DNA of 63,465 bases, the filler included, from Octopus bimaculoides (Eukaryota), in assembly GCF_001194135.2 (NCBI RefSeq). It is 5 parts of 5 records of this genome, joined end to end, with 100 filler letters (N's around TTAATTAATTAA, not from the genome) between each part and the next. Parts side by side here need not be neighbours in the genome. Positions count along the whole stretch, not along the records: positions 61,226 to 63,465 come from NC_068997.1; 4 more parts are not named here. The stretch is one strand, 5' to 3'. A program made the position numbers and the translations under genes. Positions 63,421 through 63,465 of the stretch are shown here, piece after piece. Within the stretch, counting starts at the first letter, position 1; each line of letters begins with the position of its first letter. The notes below the pieces were generated by a model, which had not been told where the DNA came from, did no database searches, and worked only from the letters and a program-made list of their open reading frames with translations.

Positions 63421-63465
63421 CGAGTTCGATTCCAGGCAATGACCTGAATAATAATAATAATAATA

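Overview
AT-rich, microsatellite-dense eukaryotic DNA from a gapped draft assembly. The SINE repertoire points to an octopus genome (inference). Most of the window is repeat: at least seven short interspersed families, a decayed mariner transposase, a Gypsy integrase remnant, RTE LINE fragments, two ORF1-like (CCHC) retroelement relics, Penelope-like (PLE) fragments and several MITEs. Two host genes are partly visible. One is a minus-strand, intron-containing gene whose last two visible exons (50569-50400 and 48009-47455) splice in frame into a complete retropepsin-type (clan AA) aspartic protease domain with an acidic tail and a basic cluster. The other is a plus-strand Sushi/CCP exon (57340-57552). 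The most striking unexplained structure is a set of about ten minimal type-I hammerhead ribozyme motifs. These include a tRNA-headed SINE that carries a hammerhead in its 3' tail and has PLE-like inverted duplications at its 5' end (63154-63465; second copy 26220-26546). Also notable are a Merlin-like MITE with a central telomeric palindrome and a PLE GIY-YIG domain with a 128-codon in-frame insertion. No databases were searched, so family names come from recognising motifs by eye; SINE family letters A-G are my own labels. Many repeat boundaries are approximate.
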